From Heterodontus francisci (Eukaryota): DNA of 64,000 nt. The translations under genes and the position numbers were made by a program. Shown here piece by piece: positions 10,880 through 25,974 of this stretch. The notes beneath the pieces are model-generated. The model saw only the letters and a program-made list of their open reading frames with translations, was not told the origin of the DNA and did no database searches. The DNA lies in contig NC_090399.1 in NCBI RefSeq assembly GCF_036365525.1, positions 42,378,430 through 42,442,429 of the forward strand, read 5' to 3'. Position 1 is the first letter of the stretch; every line of letters starts with the position of its first letter.

Positions 10880-13800
10880 AGTAATAAACCCTAATTGTGA
10901 AATAAACCACAAACCTGGTAAAATACTGTACCCACAGAAATGTACCGTACATCCAATAATAAACACAACAACCAAAAATATACAGTGCACTCAGTAATAA
11001 ACCATACATGCAATTATATATCATAAACCCAGTGATTAAACCGCACACCCAGTGACAAACTGCACCCTCTCCGTAATAAACCGTGCAAGTAATAAACCAG
11101 ACCCTCCATAATAAACCACACAATTAATAAACCAGACCCTCCATAATAAACCTACAGAAGTAATAAACCAGACCCTCCATAATAAACCACACAATTAATA
11201 AACCAGACCCTCCATAATAAACCACAGAAGTAATAAACCAGACCCTCCATAATAAACCTACAGAAGTAATAAACCAGACCCTCCATAATAAACCTACAGA
11301 AGTAATAAACCAGACCCTCCATAATAAACCACAGAAGTAATAAACCAGACCCTCCATAATAAACCTACAGAAGTAATAAACCAGACCCTCCATAATAAAC
11401 CGACAGAAGTAATAAACCAGACCCTCCATAAGAAACCACACAATTAATAAACCAGACCCTCCATAATAAACCTACAGAAGTAATAAACCAGACCCTCCAT
11501 AATAAACCACAAAAGTAATAAACCAGACCCTCCATAATAAACCTACAGAAGTAATAAACCAGACCCTCCATAATAAACCACAGAAGTAAGAAACCAGACC
11601 CTCCATAATAACCTACAGAAGTAATAAACCAGACCCTCCATAATAAACCACAAAAGTAATAAACCAGACCCTCCATAATAAACCTACAGAAGTAATAAAC
11701 CAGACCCTCCATAATAAACCACACAATTAATAAACCAGACCCTCCATAATAAACCTGCAGAAGTAATAAACCAGACCCTCCATAATAAACCACAGAAGTA
11801 ATAAACCAGACCCTCCATAATAACCTACAGAAGTAATAAACCAGACCCTCCATAATAAACCACAAAAGTAATAAACCAGACCCTCCATAATAAACCTACA
11901 GAAGTAATAAACCAGACCCTCCATAATAAACCACACAATTAATAAACCAGACCCTCCATAATAAACCTACATAAGTAATAAACCAGACCCTCCATAATAA
12001 ACCACAAAGGTAATAAACCAGACCCTCCATAATAAACCACACAATTAATAAACCAGACCCTCCAGAATAAACCACAGAAGTAATAAACCAGACCCTCCAT
12101 AATAAACCTACAGAAGTAATAAACCAGACCCTCCATAATAAACCACACAATTAATAAACCAGACCCTCCATAATAAACCTACAGAAGTAATAAACCAGAC
12201 CCTCCATAATAAACCACAAAAGTAATAGACCAGACTCTCCATAATAAACCTACAGAAGTAATAAACCAGACCCTCCATAATAAACCACACAATTAATAAA
12301 CCAGACCCTCCATAATAAACCTACGGAAGTAATAAACCAGACCCTCCATAATAAACCACACAATTAATAAACCAGACCCTCCATAATAAACCTACAGAAG
12401 TAATAAACCAGACCCTCCATAATAAACCACAAAAGTAATAAACCAGACCCTCCATAATAAACCTACAGAAGTAATAAACCAGATCCTCCATAATAAACCA
12501 CACAATTAATAAACCAGACCCTCCATAATAAACCTACAGAAGTAATAAACCAGACCCTCCATAATAAACCACACAATTAATAAACCAGACCCTCCATAAT
12601 AAACCTACAGAAGTAATAAACCAGACCCTCCATAATAAACCTACAGAAGTAATAAACAAGACCCTCCATAATAAACCACAAAAGTAATAAACCAGACCCT
12701 CCATAATAAACCTACAGAAGTAATAAACCAGATCCTCCATAATAAACCACACAATTAATAAACCAGACCCTCCAAAATAAACCTACAGAAGTAATAAACC
12801 AGACCCTCCATAATAAACCACACAATTAATAAACCAGACCCTCCATAATAAACCTACAGAAGTAATAAACCAGACCCTCCATAATAAACCACACAATTAA
12901 TAAACCAGACCCTCCATAATAAACCTACAGAAGTAATAAACCAGACCCTCCATAATAAACCACACAATTAATAAACCAGACCCTCCATAATAAACCACAC
13001 AATTAATAAACCAGACCCTCCATAATAAACCACACAATTAATAAACCAGACCCTCCATAATAAACCTACAGAAGTAATAAACCAGACCCTCCATAATAAA
13101 CCACACAATTAATAAACCAGACCCTCCATAATAAACCACACAATTAATAAACCAGACCCTCCATAATAAACCACACAATTAATAAACCAGACCCTCCATA
13201 ATAAACCTACAGAAGTAATAAACCAGACCCTCCATAATAAACCACACAATTAATAAACCAGACCCTCCATAATAAACCTACAGAAGTAATAAACCAGACC
13301 CTCCATAATAAACCACACAATTAATAAACCAGACCCTCCATAATAAACCACACAATTAATGAACCAGACCCTCCATAATAAACCTACAGAAGTAATAAAC
13401 CAGACCCTCCATAATAAACCACACAATTAATAAACCAGACCCTCCATAATAAACCACACAATTAATAAACCAGACCCTCCATAATAAACCTACAGAAGTA
13501 ATAAACCAGACCCTCCATAATAAACCACACAATTAATAAACCAGACCCTCCATAATAAACCTACAGAAGTAATAAACCAGACCCTCCATAATAAACCACA
13601 CAATTAATAAACCAGACCCTCCATAATAAACCTACAGAAGTAATAAACCAGACCCTCCATAATAAACCACAGAAGTAATAAACCAGACCCTCCATAATAA
13701 CCTACAGAAGTAATAAACCAGACCCTCCATAATAAACCACAAAAGTAATAAACCAGACCCTCCATAATAAACCTACAGAAGTAATAAACCAGACCCTCCA

Positions 13801-16800
13801 TAATAAACCACACAATTAATAAACCAGACCCTCCATAATAAACCTACAGAAGTAATAAAACAGACCCTCCATAATAAACCACAAAGGTAATAAACCAGAC
13901 CCTCCATAATAAACCACACAATTAATAAACCAGACCCTCCAGAATAAACCACAGAAGTAATAAACCAGACCCTCCATAATAAACCTACAGAAGTAATAAA
14001 CCAGACCCTCCATAATAAACCACACAATTAATAAACCAGACCCTCCATAATAAACCTACAGAAGTAATAAACCAGACCCTCCATAATAAACCACAAAAGT
14101 AATAGACCAGACTCTCCATAATAAACCTACAGAAGTAATAAACCAGACCCTCCATAATAAACCACACAATTAATAAACCAGACCCTCCATAATAAACCTA
14201 CAGAAGTAATAAACCAGACCCTCCATAATAAACCACACAATTAATAAACCAGACCCTCCATAATAAACCTACAGAAGTAATAAACAAGACCCTCCATAAT
14301 AAACCACAAAAGTAATAAACCAGACCCTCCATAATAAACCTACAGAAGTAATAAACCAGATCCTCCATAATAAACCACACAATTAATAAACCAGACCCTC
14401 CATAATAAACCTACAGAAGTAATAAACCAGACCCTCCATAATAAACCACACAATTAATAAACCAGACCCTCCATAATAAACCTACAGAAGTAATAAACCA
14501 GACCCTCCATAATAAACCTACAGAAGTAATAAACAAGACCCTCCATAATAAACCACAAAAGTAATAAACCAGACCCTCCATAATAAACCTACAGAAGTAA
14601 TAAACCAGATCCTCCATAATAAACCACACAATTAATAAACCAGACCCTCCAAAATAAACCTACAGAAGTAATAAACCAGACCCTCCATAATAAACCACAC
14701 AATTAATAAACCAGACCCTCCATAATAAACCTACAGAAGTAATAAACCAGACCCTCCATAATAAACCACACAATTAATAAACCAGACCCTCCATAATAAA
14801 CCTACAGAAGTAATAAACCAGACCCTCCATAATAAACCACACAATTAATAAACCAGACCCTCCATAATAAACCACACAATTAATAAACCAGACCCTCCAT
14901 AATAAACCTACAGAAGTAATAAACCAGACCCTCCATAATAAACCACACAATTAATAAACCAGACCCTCCATAATAAACCACACAATTAATAAACCAGACC
15001 CTCCATAATAAACCTACAGAAGTAATAAACCAGACCCTCCATAATAAACCACACAATTAATAAACCAGACCCTCCATAATAAACCACACAATTAATAAAC
15101 CAGACCCTCCATAATAAACCACACAATTAATAAACCAGACCCTCCATAATAAACCACACAATTAATAAACCAGACCCTCCATAATAAACCACACAATTAA
15201 TAAACCAGACCCTCCATAATAAACCTACAGAAGTAATAAACCAGACCCTCCATAATAAACCACACAATTAATAAACCAGACCCTCCATAATAAACCTACA
15301 GAAGTAATAAACCAGACCCTCCATAATAAACCTACAGAAGTAATAAACCAGACCCTCCATAATAAACCTACAGAAGAAATAAACCAGACCCTCCATAATA
15401 AACCACACAATTAATAAACCAGACCCTCCATAATAAACCACACAATTAATAAACCAGACCCTCCAAAATAAACCACACAATTAATAAACCAGACCCTCCA
15501 TAATAAACCACACAATTAATAAACCAGACCCTCCATCATAAACCACACAATTAATAAACCAGACCCTCCATAATAAACCACACAATTAATAAACCAGACC
15601 CTCCATAATAAACCACACAATTAATAAACCAGACCCTCCATAATAAACCACACAATTAATAAACCAGACCCTCCATAATAAACCTACAGAAGTAATAAAC
15701 CAGACCCTCCATAATAAACCACACAATTAATAAACCAGATCCTCCATAATAAACCACACAATTAATAAACCAGACCCTCCATAATAAACCACACAATTAA
15801 TAAACCAGACCCTCCATAATAAACCACACAATTAATAAACCAGACCCTCCATAATAAACCTACAGAAGTAATAAACCAGACCCTCCATAACAAACCACAC
15901 AATTAATAAACCAGACCCTCCATAATAAACCACACAATTAATAAACCAGACCCTCCATAATAAACCTACAGAAGTAATAAACCAGATCCTCCATAATAAA
16001 CCACACAATTAATAAACCAGACCCTCCATAATAAACCACACAATTAATAAACCAGACCCTCCATAATAAACCACACAATTAATAAACCAGACCCTCCATA
16101 ATAAACCACACAATTAATAAACCAGACCCTCCATAATAAACCACACAATTAATAAACCAGACCCTCCATAATAAACCTACAGAAGTAATAAACCAGATCC
16201 TCCATAATAAACCACACAATTAATAAACCAGACCCTCCATAATAAACCACAAAAGTAATAAACCAGACCCTCCATAATAAACCTACAGAAGTAATAAACC
16301 AGACCCTCCATAATAAACCACACAATTAATAAACCAGACCCTCCATAATAAACCTACAGAAGTAATAAACCAGACCCTCCAGAATAAACCACACAATTAA
16401 TAAACCAGACCCTCCATAATAAACCTACAGAAGTAATAAACCAGACCCTCCATAATAAACCACACAATTAATAAACCAGACCCTCCAAAATAAACCTACA
16501 GAAGTAATAAACCAGACCCTCCATAATAAACCACACAATTAATAAACCAGACCCTCCATAATAAACCTACAGAAGTAATAAACCAGACCCTCCATAATAA
16601 ACCACACAATTAATAAACCAGACCCTCCATAATAAACCACACAATTAATAAACCAGACCCTCCATAATAAACCACACAATTAATAAACCAGACCCTCCAT
16701 AATAAACCTACAGAAGTAATAAACCAGACCCTCCATAATAAACCTACAGAAGTAATAAACCAGATCCTCCATAATAAACCACACAATTAATAAACCAGAC

Positions 16801-19800
16801 CCTCCATAATAAACCTACAGAAGTAATAAACCAGACCCTCCATAATAAACCACACAATTAATAAACCAGACCCTCCATAATAAACCTACAGAAGTAATAA
16901 ACCAGACCCTCCATAATAAACCACACAATTAATAAACCAGACCCTCCATAATAAACCACACAATTAATAAACCAGACCCTCCATAATAAACCTACAGAAG
17001 TAATAAACCAGACCCTCCATAATAAACCACACAATTAATAAACCAGACCCTCCATAATAAACCTACAGAAGTAATAAACCAGACCCTCCATAATAAACCA
17101 CACAATTAATAAACCAGACCCTCCATAATAAACCTACAGAAGTAATAAACCAGACCCTCCATAATAAACCTACAGAAGTAATAAACCAGACCCTCCATAA
17201 TAAACCTACAGAAGTAATAAACCAGACCCTCCATAATAAACCACACAATTAATAAACCAGACCCTCCATAATAAACCACACAATTAATAAACCAGACCCT
17301 CCATAATAAACCACACAATTAATAAACCAGACCCTCCATAATAAACCTACAGAAGTAATAAACCAGACCCTCCATAATAAACCACACAATTAATAAACCA
17401 GACCCTCCATAATAAACCTACAGAAGTTATAAACCAGACCCTCCATAATAAACCACACAATTAATAAACCAGACCCTCCATAATAAACCTACAGAAGTAA
17501 TAAACCAGACCCTCCATAATAAACCACACAATTAATAAACCAGACCCTCCATAATAAACCTACAGAAGTAATAAACCAGACCCTCCATAATAAACCTACA
17601 GAAGTAATAAACCAGACCCTCCATAATAAACCACACAATTAATAAACCAGACCCTCCATAATAAACCACACAATTAATAAACCAGACCCTCCATAATAAA
17701 CCTACAGAAGTAATAAACCAGACCCTCCATAATAAACCACACAATTAATAAACCAGACCCTCCATAATAAACCACACAATTAATAAACCAGACCCTCCAT
17801 AATAAACCTACAGAAGTAATAAACCAGACCCTCCATAATAAACCACACAATTAATAAACCAGACCCTCCATAATAAACCTACAGAAGTAATAAACCAGAC
17901 CCTCCATAATAAACCTACAGAAGTAATAAACCAGACCCTCCATAATAAACCACACAATTAATAAACCAGACCCTCCATAATAAACCTACAGAAGTAATAA
18001 ACCAGACCCTCCATAATAAACCTACAGAAGTAATAAACCAGACCCTCCATAATAAACCACACAATTAATAAACCAGACCCTCCATAATAAACCACACAAT
18101 TAATAAACCAGACCCTCCATAATAAACCTACAGAAGTAATAAACCAGACCCTCCAAAATAAACCTACAGAAGTAATAAACCAGACCCTCCATAATAAACC
18201 ACACAATTAATAAACCAGACCCTCCATAATAAACCTACAGAAGTAATAAACCAGACCCTCCATAATAAACCACACAATTAATAAACCAGACCCTCCATAA
18301 TAAACCACACAATTAATAAACCAGACCCTCCATAATAAACCACACAATTAATAAACCAGACCCTCCATAATAAACCTACAGAAGTAATAAACCAGACCCT
18401 CCATAATAAACCTACAGAAGTAATAAACCAGATCCTCCATAATAAACCACACAATTAATAAACCAGACCCTCCATAATAAACCTACAGAAGTAATAAACC
18501 AGACCCTCCATAATAAACCACACAATTAATAAACCAGACCCTCCATAATAAACCTACAGAAGTAATAAACCAGACCCTCCATAATAAACCACACAATTAA
18601 TAAACCAGACCCTCCATAATAAACCACACAATTAATAAACCAGACCCTCCATAATAAACCTACAGAAGTAATAAACCAGACCCTCCATAATAAACCACAC
18701 AATTAATAAACCAGACCCTCCATAATAAACCTACAGAAGTAATAAACCAGACCCTCCATAATAAACCACACAATTAATAAACCAGACCCTCCATAATAAA
18801 CCTACAGAAGTAATAAACCAGACCCTCCATAATAAACCTACAGAAGTAATAAACCAGACCCTCCATAATAAACCTACAGAAGTAATAAACCAGACCCTCC
18901 ATAATAAACCACACAATTAATAAACCAGACCCTCCATAATAAACCACACAATTAATAAACCAGACCCTCCATAATAAACCACACAATTAATAAACCAGAC
19001 CCTCCATAATAAACCTACAGAAGTAATAAACCAGACCCTCCATAATAAACCACACAATTAATAAACCAGACCCTCCATAATAAACCTACAGAAGTTATAA
19101 ACCAGACCCTCCATAATAAACCACACAATTAATAAACCAGACCCTCCATAATAAACCTACAGAAGTAATAAACCAGACCCTCCATAATAAACCACACAAT
19201 TAATAAACCAGACCCTCCATAATAAACCTACAGAAGTAATAAACCAGACCCTCCATAATAAACCTACAGAAGTAATAAACCAGACCCTCCATAATAAACC
19301 ACACAATTAATAAACCAGACCCTCCATAATAAACCACACAATTAATAAACCAGACCCTCCATAATAAACCTACAGAAGTAATAAACCAGACCCTCCATAA
19401 TAAACCACACAATTAATAAACCAGACCCTCCATAATAAACCACACAATTAATAAACCAGACCCTCCATAATAAACCTACAGAAGTAATAAACCAGACCCT
19501 CCATAATAAACCACACAATTAATAAACCAGACCCTCCATAATAAACCTACAGAAGTAATAAACCAGACCCTCCATAATAAACCTACAGAAGTAATAAACA
19601 AGACCCTCCATAATAAACCACACAATTAATAAACCAGACCCTCCATAATAAACCTACAGAAGTAATAAACCAGACCCTCCATAATAAACCTACAGAAGTA
19701 ATAAACCAGACCCTCCATAATAAACCACAAAAGTAATAAACCAGACCCTCCATAATAAACCTGCAGAAGTAATAAACCAGACCCTCCATAATAAACCTAC

Positions 19801-20095
19801 AGAAGTAATAAACCAGACCCTCCATAATAAACCACACAATTAATACACCAGACCCTCCATAATAAACCACACAATTAATAAACCAGACCCTCCATAATAA
19901 ACCACAGATGTAATAAACCAGACCCTCCATAATAAACCACACAATTAATAAACCAGACCCTCCATAATAAACCACAAAAGTAATAAACCAGACCCTCCAT
20001 AATAAACCACAAAAGTAATAAACCAGACCCTCCATAATAAACCTACAGAAGTAATAAACCAGACCCTCTGTAATAAACCACACAATTAATAAACC
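10880..20095. repeat. ~9.2-kb satellite, 35/36-bp unit with two major interspersed variants
   Basis: Constant part taataaaccagaccctccataataaacc followed by acacaat (35 bp) or tacagaag (36 bp); degenerate units at 10880-11100. Confidence 0.99.
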
Positions 20096-21275
20096 ATGAT
20101 GATGGTATCTGTCCATCTCGGGAGACAATGGACTTTGTCCAAGGTGTGTGTCATTTCTGAATTGAACAACTTCTGTTGTGGCTGTGGAGGCTGGCTCGTG
20201 AGTGGCATTCCCTTACACAGCTGGCACAGATGAACAACATTGGCCCAAGGTTTGTTTCTGTTTGTTTTCCTTCTGCCGGCCTCTCTTTTCTGCCATCATT
20301 TATTTTGTCTTCTGCTTTTTCCACACTCTTCCTGACTGCCTTTCTCCAGACACTCCAGTCAGTGTAGTATAATGGCCTGAAAGGGTTAATGTTTGAGACA
20401 GTGAGAGTAAACCCCTCCCATAGCAATGATGAGGATGTAATGGTCACATGGGTATTAGGCTGGGAAGAAGCTAGAAGCAGCACGAGAAGTGTTGGCTAGA
20501 CAGGCTTGTGGAGAGTGTAAATAGTTATATGTATATTATAAACAAGTTATTCATTAACCCTGCAAAGACTCTGAAACTTCTGTTAACAACACTCAATCCA
20601 GGCGACAACAATACCCAAGAGTCAGCAGCAAGGACTTCCCACACATCGACTCTGATCCCGGTCAATTTGAGGTCTAGCTTTCAGACATCCTTGTATCGCA
20701 GACATGGATGACCTGTTGGTCTCGGCCAATAGCTCGCGTCTTTGTGTATGCAGCCATCAGCTGTCACTCATTTAGCCAACGAATTTGCCGCTGACTCAAG
20801 AGGGCAAACATGCTGGGGATCCCTATACACCGGTATACTTCTGTATTTGACACACTGTCCTGCCAGGAGATGCCCAATATCTGTCTGAGGCAGCAGAGCT
20901 GGAAGCTGTTCAGTCACTTTTCTTGGCTTGCACAAGTTGTCCATGTTTCGCTACTATAAAGGAGGGTGCTGAGAACACAAGTCTGGTACACGCAGAGCAT
21001 TGTATTTTCGGTTAGTTTGCTGTTGGTCCACACTCACCTTCTCAACTTTAACATGACAGCTGCGGCCTTGGCAATGTTGGTGCTGATTTCGGCATCAAAG
21101 GGGCAGGTTGCTGGTGATTGTTGATCCAATGTATGTGAAGCTGTCGCTGACCTCCAGAGTGAGGTTGTCCATGTTGATGGAAGGTGGAGTCTCTATGTCC
21201 TGACACATATCTTTTGTCTTCCTGACACTGATCATCAGTCTAAACTCCTTGCAGGCCCAGGAGAACCGATCTACA
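20096..21275 (-). mobile_element. RTE-clade LINE 3' portion (RT end, C-terminal CCHC-like motif, (CAT)n tail)
   Basis: Minus translation WEVLAAD-WSVWRKAV...CASCVRECHSRASLHSHNRSC; atgatgatg tail at 20096. Confidence 0.85.
20363..20620. mobile_element. 258-bp solo-LTR-like insertion in the RTE
   Basis: Starts TGTAGT, ends caaga (inferred caaca); 5-bp TSD GTCAG at 20358-20362 and 20621-20625. Removing it restores the RTE frame. Confidence 0.75.
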
Positions 21276-21277
21276 AG

Positions 21278-21626
21278 TTTATTTTATTTTATTTAGAGAT
21301 ACAGCACTGAAACAGGCCCTTTGGCCCACCGAGTCTGTGCCAACCAACAACCACCCATTTATACTAATCCTACATTAATCCCATATTCCTACCACAGCCC
21401 CACCTTCCCTCAATTCCCCTACCACCAACCTATACTATGGGGAATTTATAAAGGCCAATTTACCTATCAACCTGCAAGGCTTTGGCTGTGGGAGGAAACC
21501 GGAACACCCGGAGGAAACCCAAGCGGTCACAGGGAGAACTTGCAAACTCCACACAGGCAGTACCCAGAATCGAACCCGGGTTGATGGAGCTGCGAGGCTG
21601 CGGTGCTAACCACTGCACCACTGTGC
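21278..21626 (-). mobile_element. HE1-like V-SINE, near full length
   Basis: Antisense tRNA-like head (gcacagtggtgcagtggttagc...gggttcgattc), V-core and CR1-like tail. Confidence 0.92.
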
Positions 21627-21629
21627 TCA

Positions 21630-22612
21630 CGTGCTCATGTGCATCAATTTCCTGACACTCACCTCCACTCGCGATGGCAAGGATCAGATCTGTGAGATAA
21701 TTGATGCTGCCATCAGCAGAATTCCCAGCACTGAGGGACTGTACCTTCTAAATGATTTCAACACAAGGGTGGGTACCAACTACACAGCTTGGCCAATGTG
21801 CATAGGGCACCAGGGAATTAGCACGATGAACAAAAATGGACAGAGGTTGCTGGAGCTATGCTGTCACCATGGACTGTGTGTGATGAGCAGCTCCTTCCAG
21901 GTCAAGCCCATGTCACAAGGTGTCCTGGAGACATCCGAGATCAGGCCACTGGCACCAGCTAGACCTTATCACCAGACGTATCACCCTCAATAGTGTCCTC
22001 ATCACTCACAGCTATCACAGCGCTGACTGTGACACTGACCACTCTCTGATGTGTAGCAAGGTCAGGCTTCAGCCAAGGAAACGATACCAATTCAAGAAAA
22101 AAGGTCGTCCTCGGATCAACACTTGCTGTACCACTGACCCAAATAGGACCCAAGAGTTCCTCAACATCCTCGGTCAGACTCTTTCAGATGACAATGCCCA
22201 AATCCAGAGTGCGGTGTCAAAATGGGATCATCTGCATGTCACCATCTATAACTCTGCACTCATTGCATGGAAGAAAAGAGATCGGAAAACCCGCGCTTCT
22301 GTAACATCTCCATGAACTCTTGTGTCTCTGTTGGAAGGAAAGATCTGTGCCTCAAGATATGCATCATGCATACATTGTCACCTTGTACAAAACTAACGGG
22401 GATCACAGTGACTGCAACAATTACTGAGGCATCTACTTGCTCGACATGATTTTCTCACTTCGGCAATTACAGGAGAAGTGCCATGAACAGCGCAGACCAC
22501 TCTACATTTCCTTCATAGACCTCACCAAGACCTTCAATCTTGTCAGCAGAGACGGATTCTTCAAACTGCTGTGGAAAATAGGCTGCGCTCCTGGACTCCT
22601 GGATGTTACATC
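21630..22612 (+). mobile_element. RTE-clade LINE 5' portion (AP endonuclease plus RT start), inverted relative to 20096-21275
   Basis: LYLLNDFNTRVG, SWRHPRSGHWHQLDL, HSADCDTDH, DMIFSLRQLQEKCHEQRRPLYISFIDLTK. Confidence 0.88.
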
Positions 22613-22884
22613 TTTATTATAGAATTATAGAACAGGAGTCTAAAAGATGGTTAAACATAAAGTGATAGAAAATCCTATTAAAAATGAGTTAAAATATCTG
22701 TGGAGCAATGCCCACAGTATCTGTAATAAAACAGGTGAGCTGGAGGCGATTGTGTATTGGGAGAAACCAGATGTAGTCGGGATTACTGAGACATGGCTAC
22801 TGAAAATTCAGGGACTGGGAATTAAACATTGCAGGGTATAACATATTTAGAAATGACAGAGAGGGATAAAAGGAAGGTGGAGTA

Positions 22885-24760
22885 CAAAGAACAGAGAACA
22901 GTGCAGCACAGGAACAGGCCATTCGGCCCTCCAAGCCTGCGCCGATCTTGATGCCTGCCTAAACTAAAACCTTCTGCACTTCCGGGGACCGTATCCCTCT
23001 ATTTCCAACCTATTCATGTATTTGTCAAGATGCCTCTTAAACGTCGCTATCGTACATGCTTCCACCACCACCCCCGGCAGCAAGTTCCAGGCACTCACCA
23101 CCCTCTGTGTAAAGAACTTGCCTCGCACATCCCTTCTAAACTTTGCCCCTCTCACCTTAAACCTATGTCCCCTAGTAACTGACTCTTCCACCCTGGGAAA
23201 AAGCTTCTGACTATCCACTCTGTCCATGTCGCTCATAACTTTGTAAACCTCCATCACGTTGCCCCTCCACCTCCGTCGTTCCAGTGAAAACAATCCAAGT
23301 TTATCCAACCTCTCCTCATAGCTAATGCCCTCCAGACCAGGCAACATCCTGGTAAACCTCTTCTGTACCCTCTCCAAAGCCTCCATGTCCTTCTGGTAGT
23401 GTGGCGACCAGAATTGCACGCAATATTCTAAGTGTGGCCTAACTAACGTTCTGTACAGCTGCAGCATGACTTGTCAATTTTTATACTCTATGCCCCGACC
23501 GATGAAGGCAAGCATGCCGTATGCCTTCTTGACTGCCTTATCCACCTGCGTTGCCACTTTCAGTGACCTGTGGACCTGTACGCCCAGATCTCTCTGCCTG
23601 TCAATACTCCTAAGGGTTCTGCCATTTACTGTATACTTCCCACCTGCATTAGACTTTCCAAAATGCATTACCTCACATTTGTCCGGATTAAACTCCATCT
23701 GCCATTTCTCCGCCCAAGTCTCCAACCGATCTATATCCTGCTGTATCCTCTGACAATCCTCATCACTACCCGCAACTCCACCAACCTTTGTGTCGTCCGC
23801 AAACTTACTAATCAGACCAGCTACATTTTCCTTCAAATCATTTATATATACTACAAACAGCAAAGGTCCCAGCACTGATCCCTGCGGAACACCACTAGTC
23901 ACATCCCTCCATTCAGAAATAGCACCCTTCCACCTCTATCTTCTTTGACAGAGCCAGTTCTGTATCCATCTTGCCAGCTCACCTCTGATCCAGTGTGACT
24001 TCACCTTTTGTACCAGTCTGCCATGAGGGACCTTGTCAAAGGCTTTACTGAAGTCCATATAGATAACATCCACTGCCCTTCCTTCATCAATCATCTTTGT
24101 CACTTCCTCAAAAAACTCAATCAAATTAGTAAGACACGACCTCCCCTTCACAAAACTATGCTGCTTCTCACTAATAAGTTTGTTTGTTTCCAAATGGGAG
24201 TAAATCCTGTCCCGAATAATCCTCTCTAATAGTTTCCGTACCACTGACGTGAGGCTCACCGGCCTATAATTTCCTGGATTATCCTTGCTTCCCTTCTTAA
24301 ACAAAGGAACAACATTGGCTATTCTCCAGTCCTCTGGGACCTCACCTGTAGCCAATGAGGATGCAAAGATTTCTGTCAAGGCCCCAGCAATTTCTTCCCT
24401 TGCCTCCCTCAGTATTCTAGGGTAGATCCCATCAGGCCCTGGGGACTTATCTACCTTAATGCTTCGCAAGACACCCAACACCTCCTCCTTTTTGATAATA
24501 AGATGACTGAGACTATCTACACACCCTTCCCTCGGCTCATCATCCACCAAGACCTACTCTTTGGTGAATACTGATGCAAAGTACTCATTTAGTACCTCGC
24601 CCATTTCCTCTGGCTCCACACATAGATTCCCATCTCTGTCCTTGAGTGGGCCAACCCTTTCCTGAGTTACCCTCTTGCTCTTTATAAAAAGCCTTGGGAT
24701 TATCCTTAATCCTGTTTGCCAATGACTTTTCATGACCCCTTTTAGCCCTCCTGACTCCTT
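22885..24760 (-). mobile_element. Young CR1 (HER1-like) LINE, 5'-truncated, RT nearly intact
   Basis: ORFs 23936-24550, 23474-23902 and 22964-23467: [43 protein letters not shown]. Confidence 0.95.
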
Positions 24761-24922
24761 GCACTGATTAGGAGTAGCATAATGGCAGCAGAAAAAAAGG
24801 GATGCAGCTATTTGCAAGACAGAAATAGAATTCATATGGATAGAGATAAAAGATAATAAATGATCAATCACACGAACAGCTCTAGTCTACAGACCCCACC
24901 TAATAGATGTAGAAAGAAATAT

Positions 24923-25943
24923 AGTTACTACCAAGCCGGGAGAAATGCACTGTTAATTCTGTCCCACTTCTCCACGGGTCACAACACATCAATAAATTTT
25001 TTCCACCAAACAAAGAATAGCCAATTAGATTCTATTTGTCCCCCAGAATAAAGCACACCAACCAGGTTTCTTTAAACAACAACAACACTAACTATTTTTT
25101 AAAAAGTCTTTACTAATGAGATAAATCTATATATGTGAAAGCTCCTTATTTCCCTCGTCTTCATGCACACACATGCATTAAAAAAAACAGTTAAGTGGGA
25201 AAAAAAGGTTTTGATTTACAGCTGTTTCTTCGAAATAGAATGAATAATAAAATAAATCAGTTTGTCACGTTCTGGTAGGATATTCTTCAGTTAGGTGAGG
25301 TGTCCCAGAGTCGCATAGTCAAATGCTACATAAAGTCTCTCCAGGCGAGGTTGATGAGCAATCTATGATGGATAGGCATTCAAGGCAATTCAGCTACAGC
25401 AGGCATCACATAGGTTTTTCAGCAGGAGTGTAGCAACAGGTTCCAGGATTTCCCAAAACACAGGAGGAAACAGGAACCACACAGGATGCAGGAATTCATC
25501 AGAGACAGGAATCAATAGGAATCTGCCAGCTTTCAAATACAGGATTTATTTTCAAGAGATGCAAGTTTCCTTTTCAGAGAGAGGTATTTTCTGGGTCTTC
25601 CACTTTGATCTCCAGGCAGGTTAGAAACCAAATTTCAAATGCCTGCTGTTCGTCCAACTCACTGGTTTAAAAAGAGTCTAAAATGAAAGTAAATCTTCTT
25701 GAGCTGATCACATGATCAGACACAGTGTCTCCCCTGTCATTCACAGTGTTGCTCTGAGGAGTTCAAAGACCGCTGACTGGCGTCCTTGAAACTGCTTGCT
25801 TTCCTATTCTTGTATACAAAGTCAACATCCAAAAGTTTCAGATATTTACAGGTGTCCATGTCTACTGAACATCCTTTTTTCCATTTTTTTAAAAACACAT
25901 AGAATTCTAAGATTTTAGTACAAAAATAAAACCTCTTGTAACA
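24923..25943 (-). mobile_element. ~1-kb solo LTR
   Basis: Ends (t>a)gttac...gtaaca; 4-bp TSD ATAT at 24919-24922 and 25944-25947. Its 3' end is homologous to that of 28847-29983. Confidence 0.75.
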
Positions 25944-25974
25944 ATATGCATACCACACTTTAGAAGTGACATTA

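Noticed and set aside
10880-20095. CRISPR-like array or membrane-protein ORFs (MWFIMEGLVYYFCRF...)
   Set aside because: The variable parts are a few recurring 7-8-bp variants rather than unique spacers, the context is vertebrate with no cas genes, and the 35/36-bp mix constantly shifts frame.
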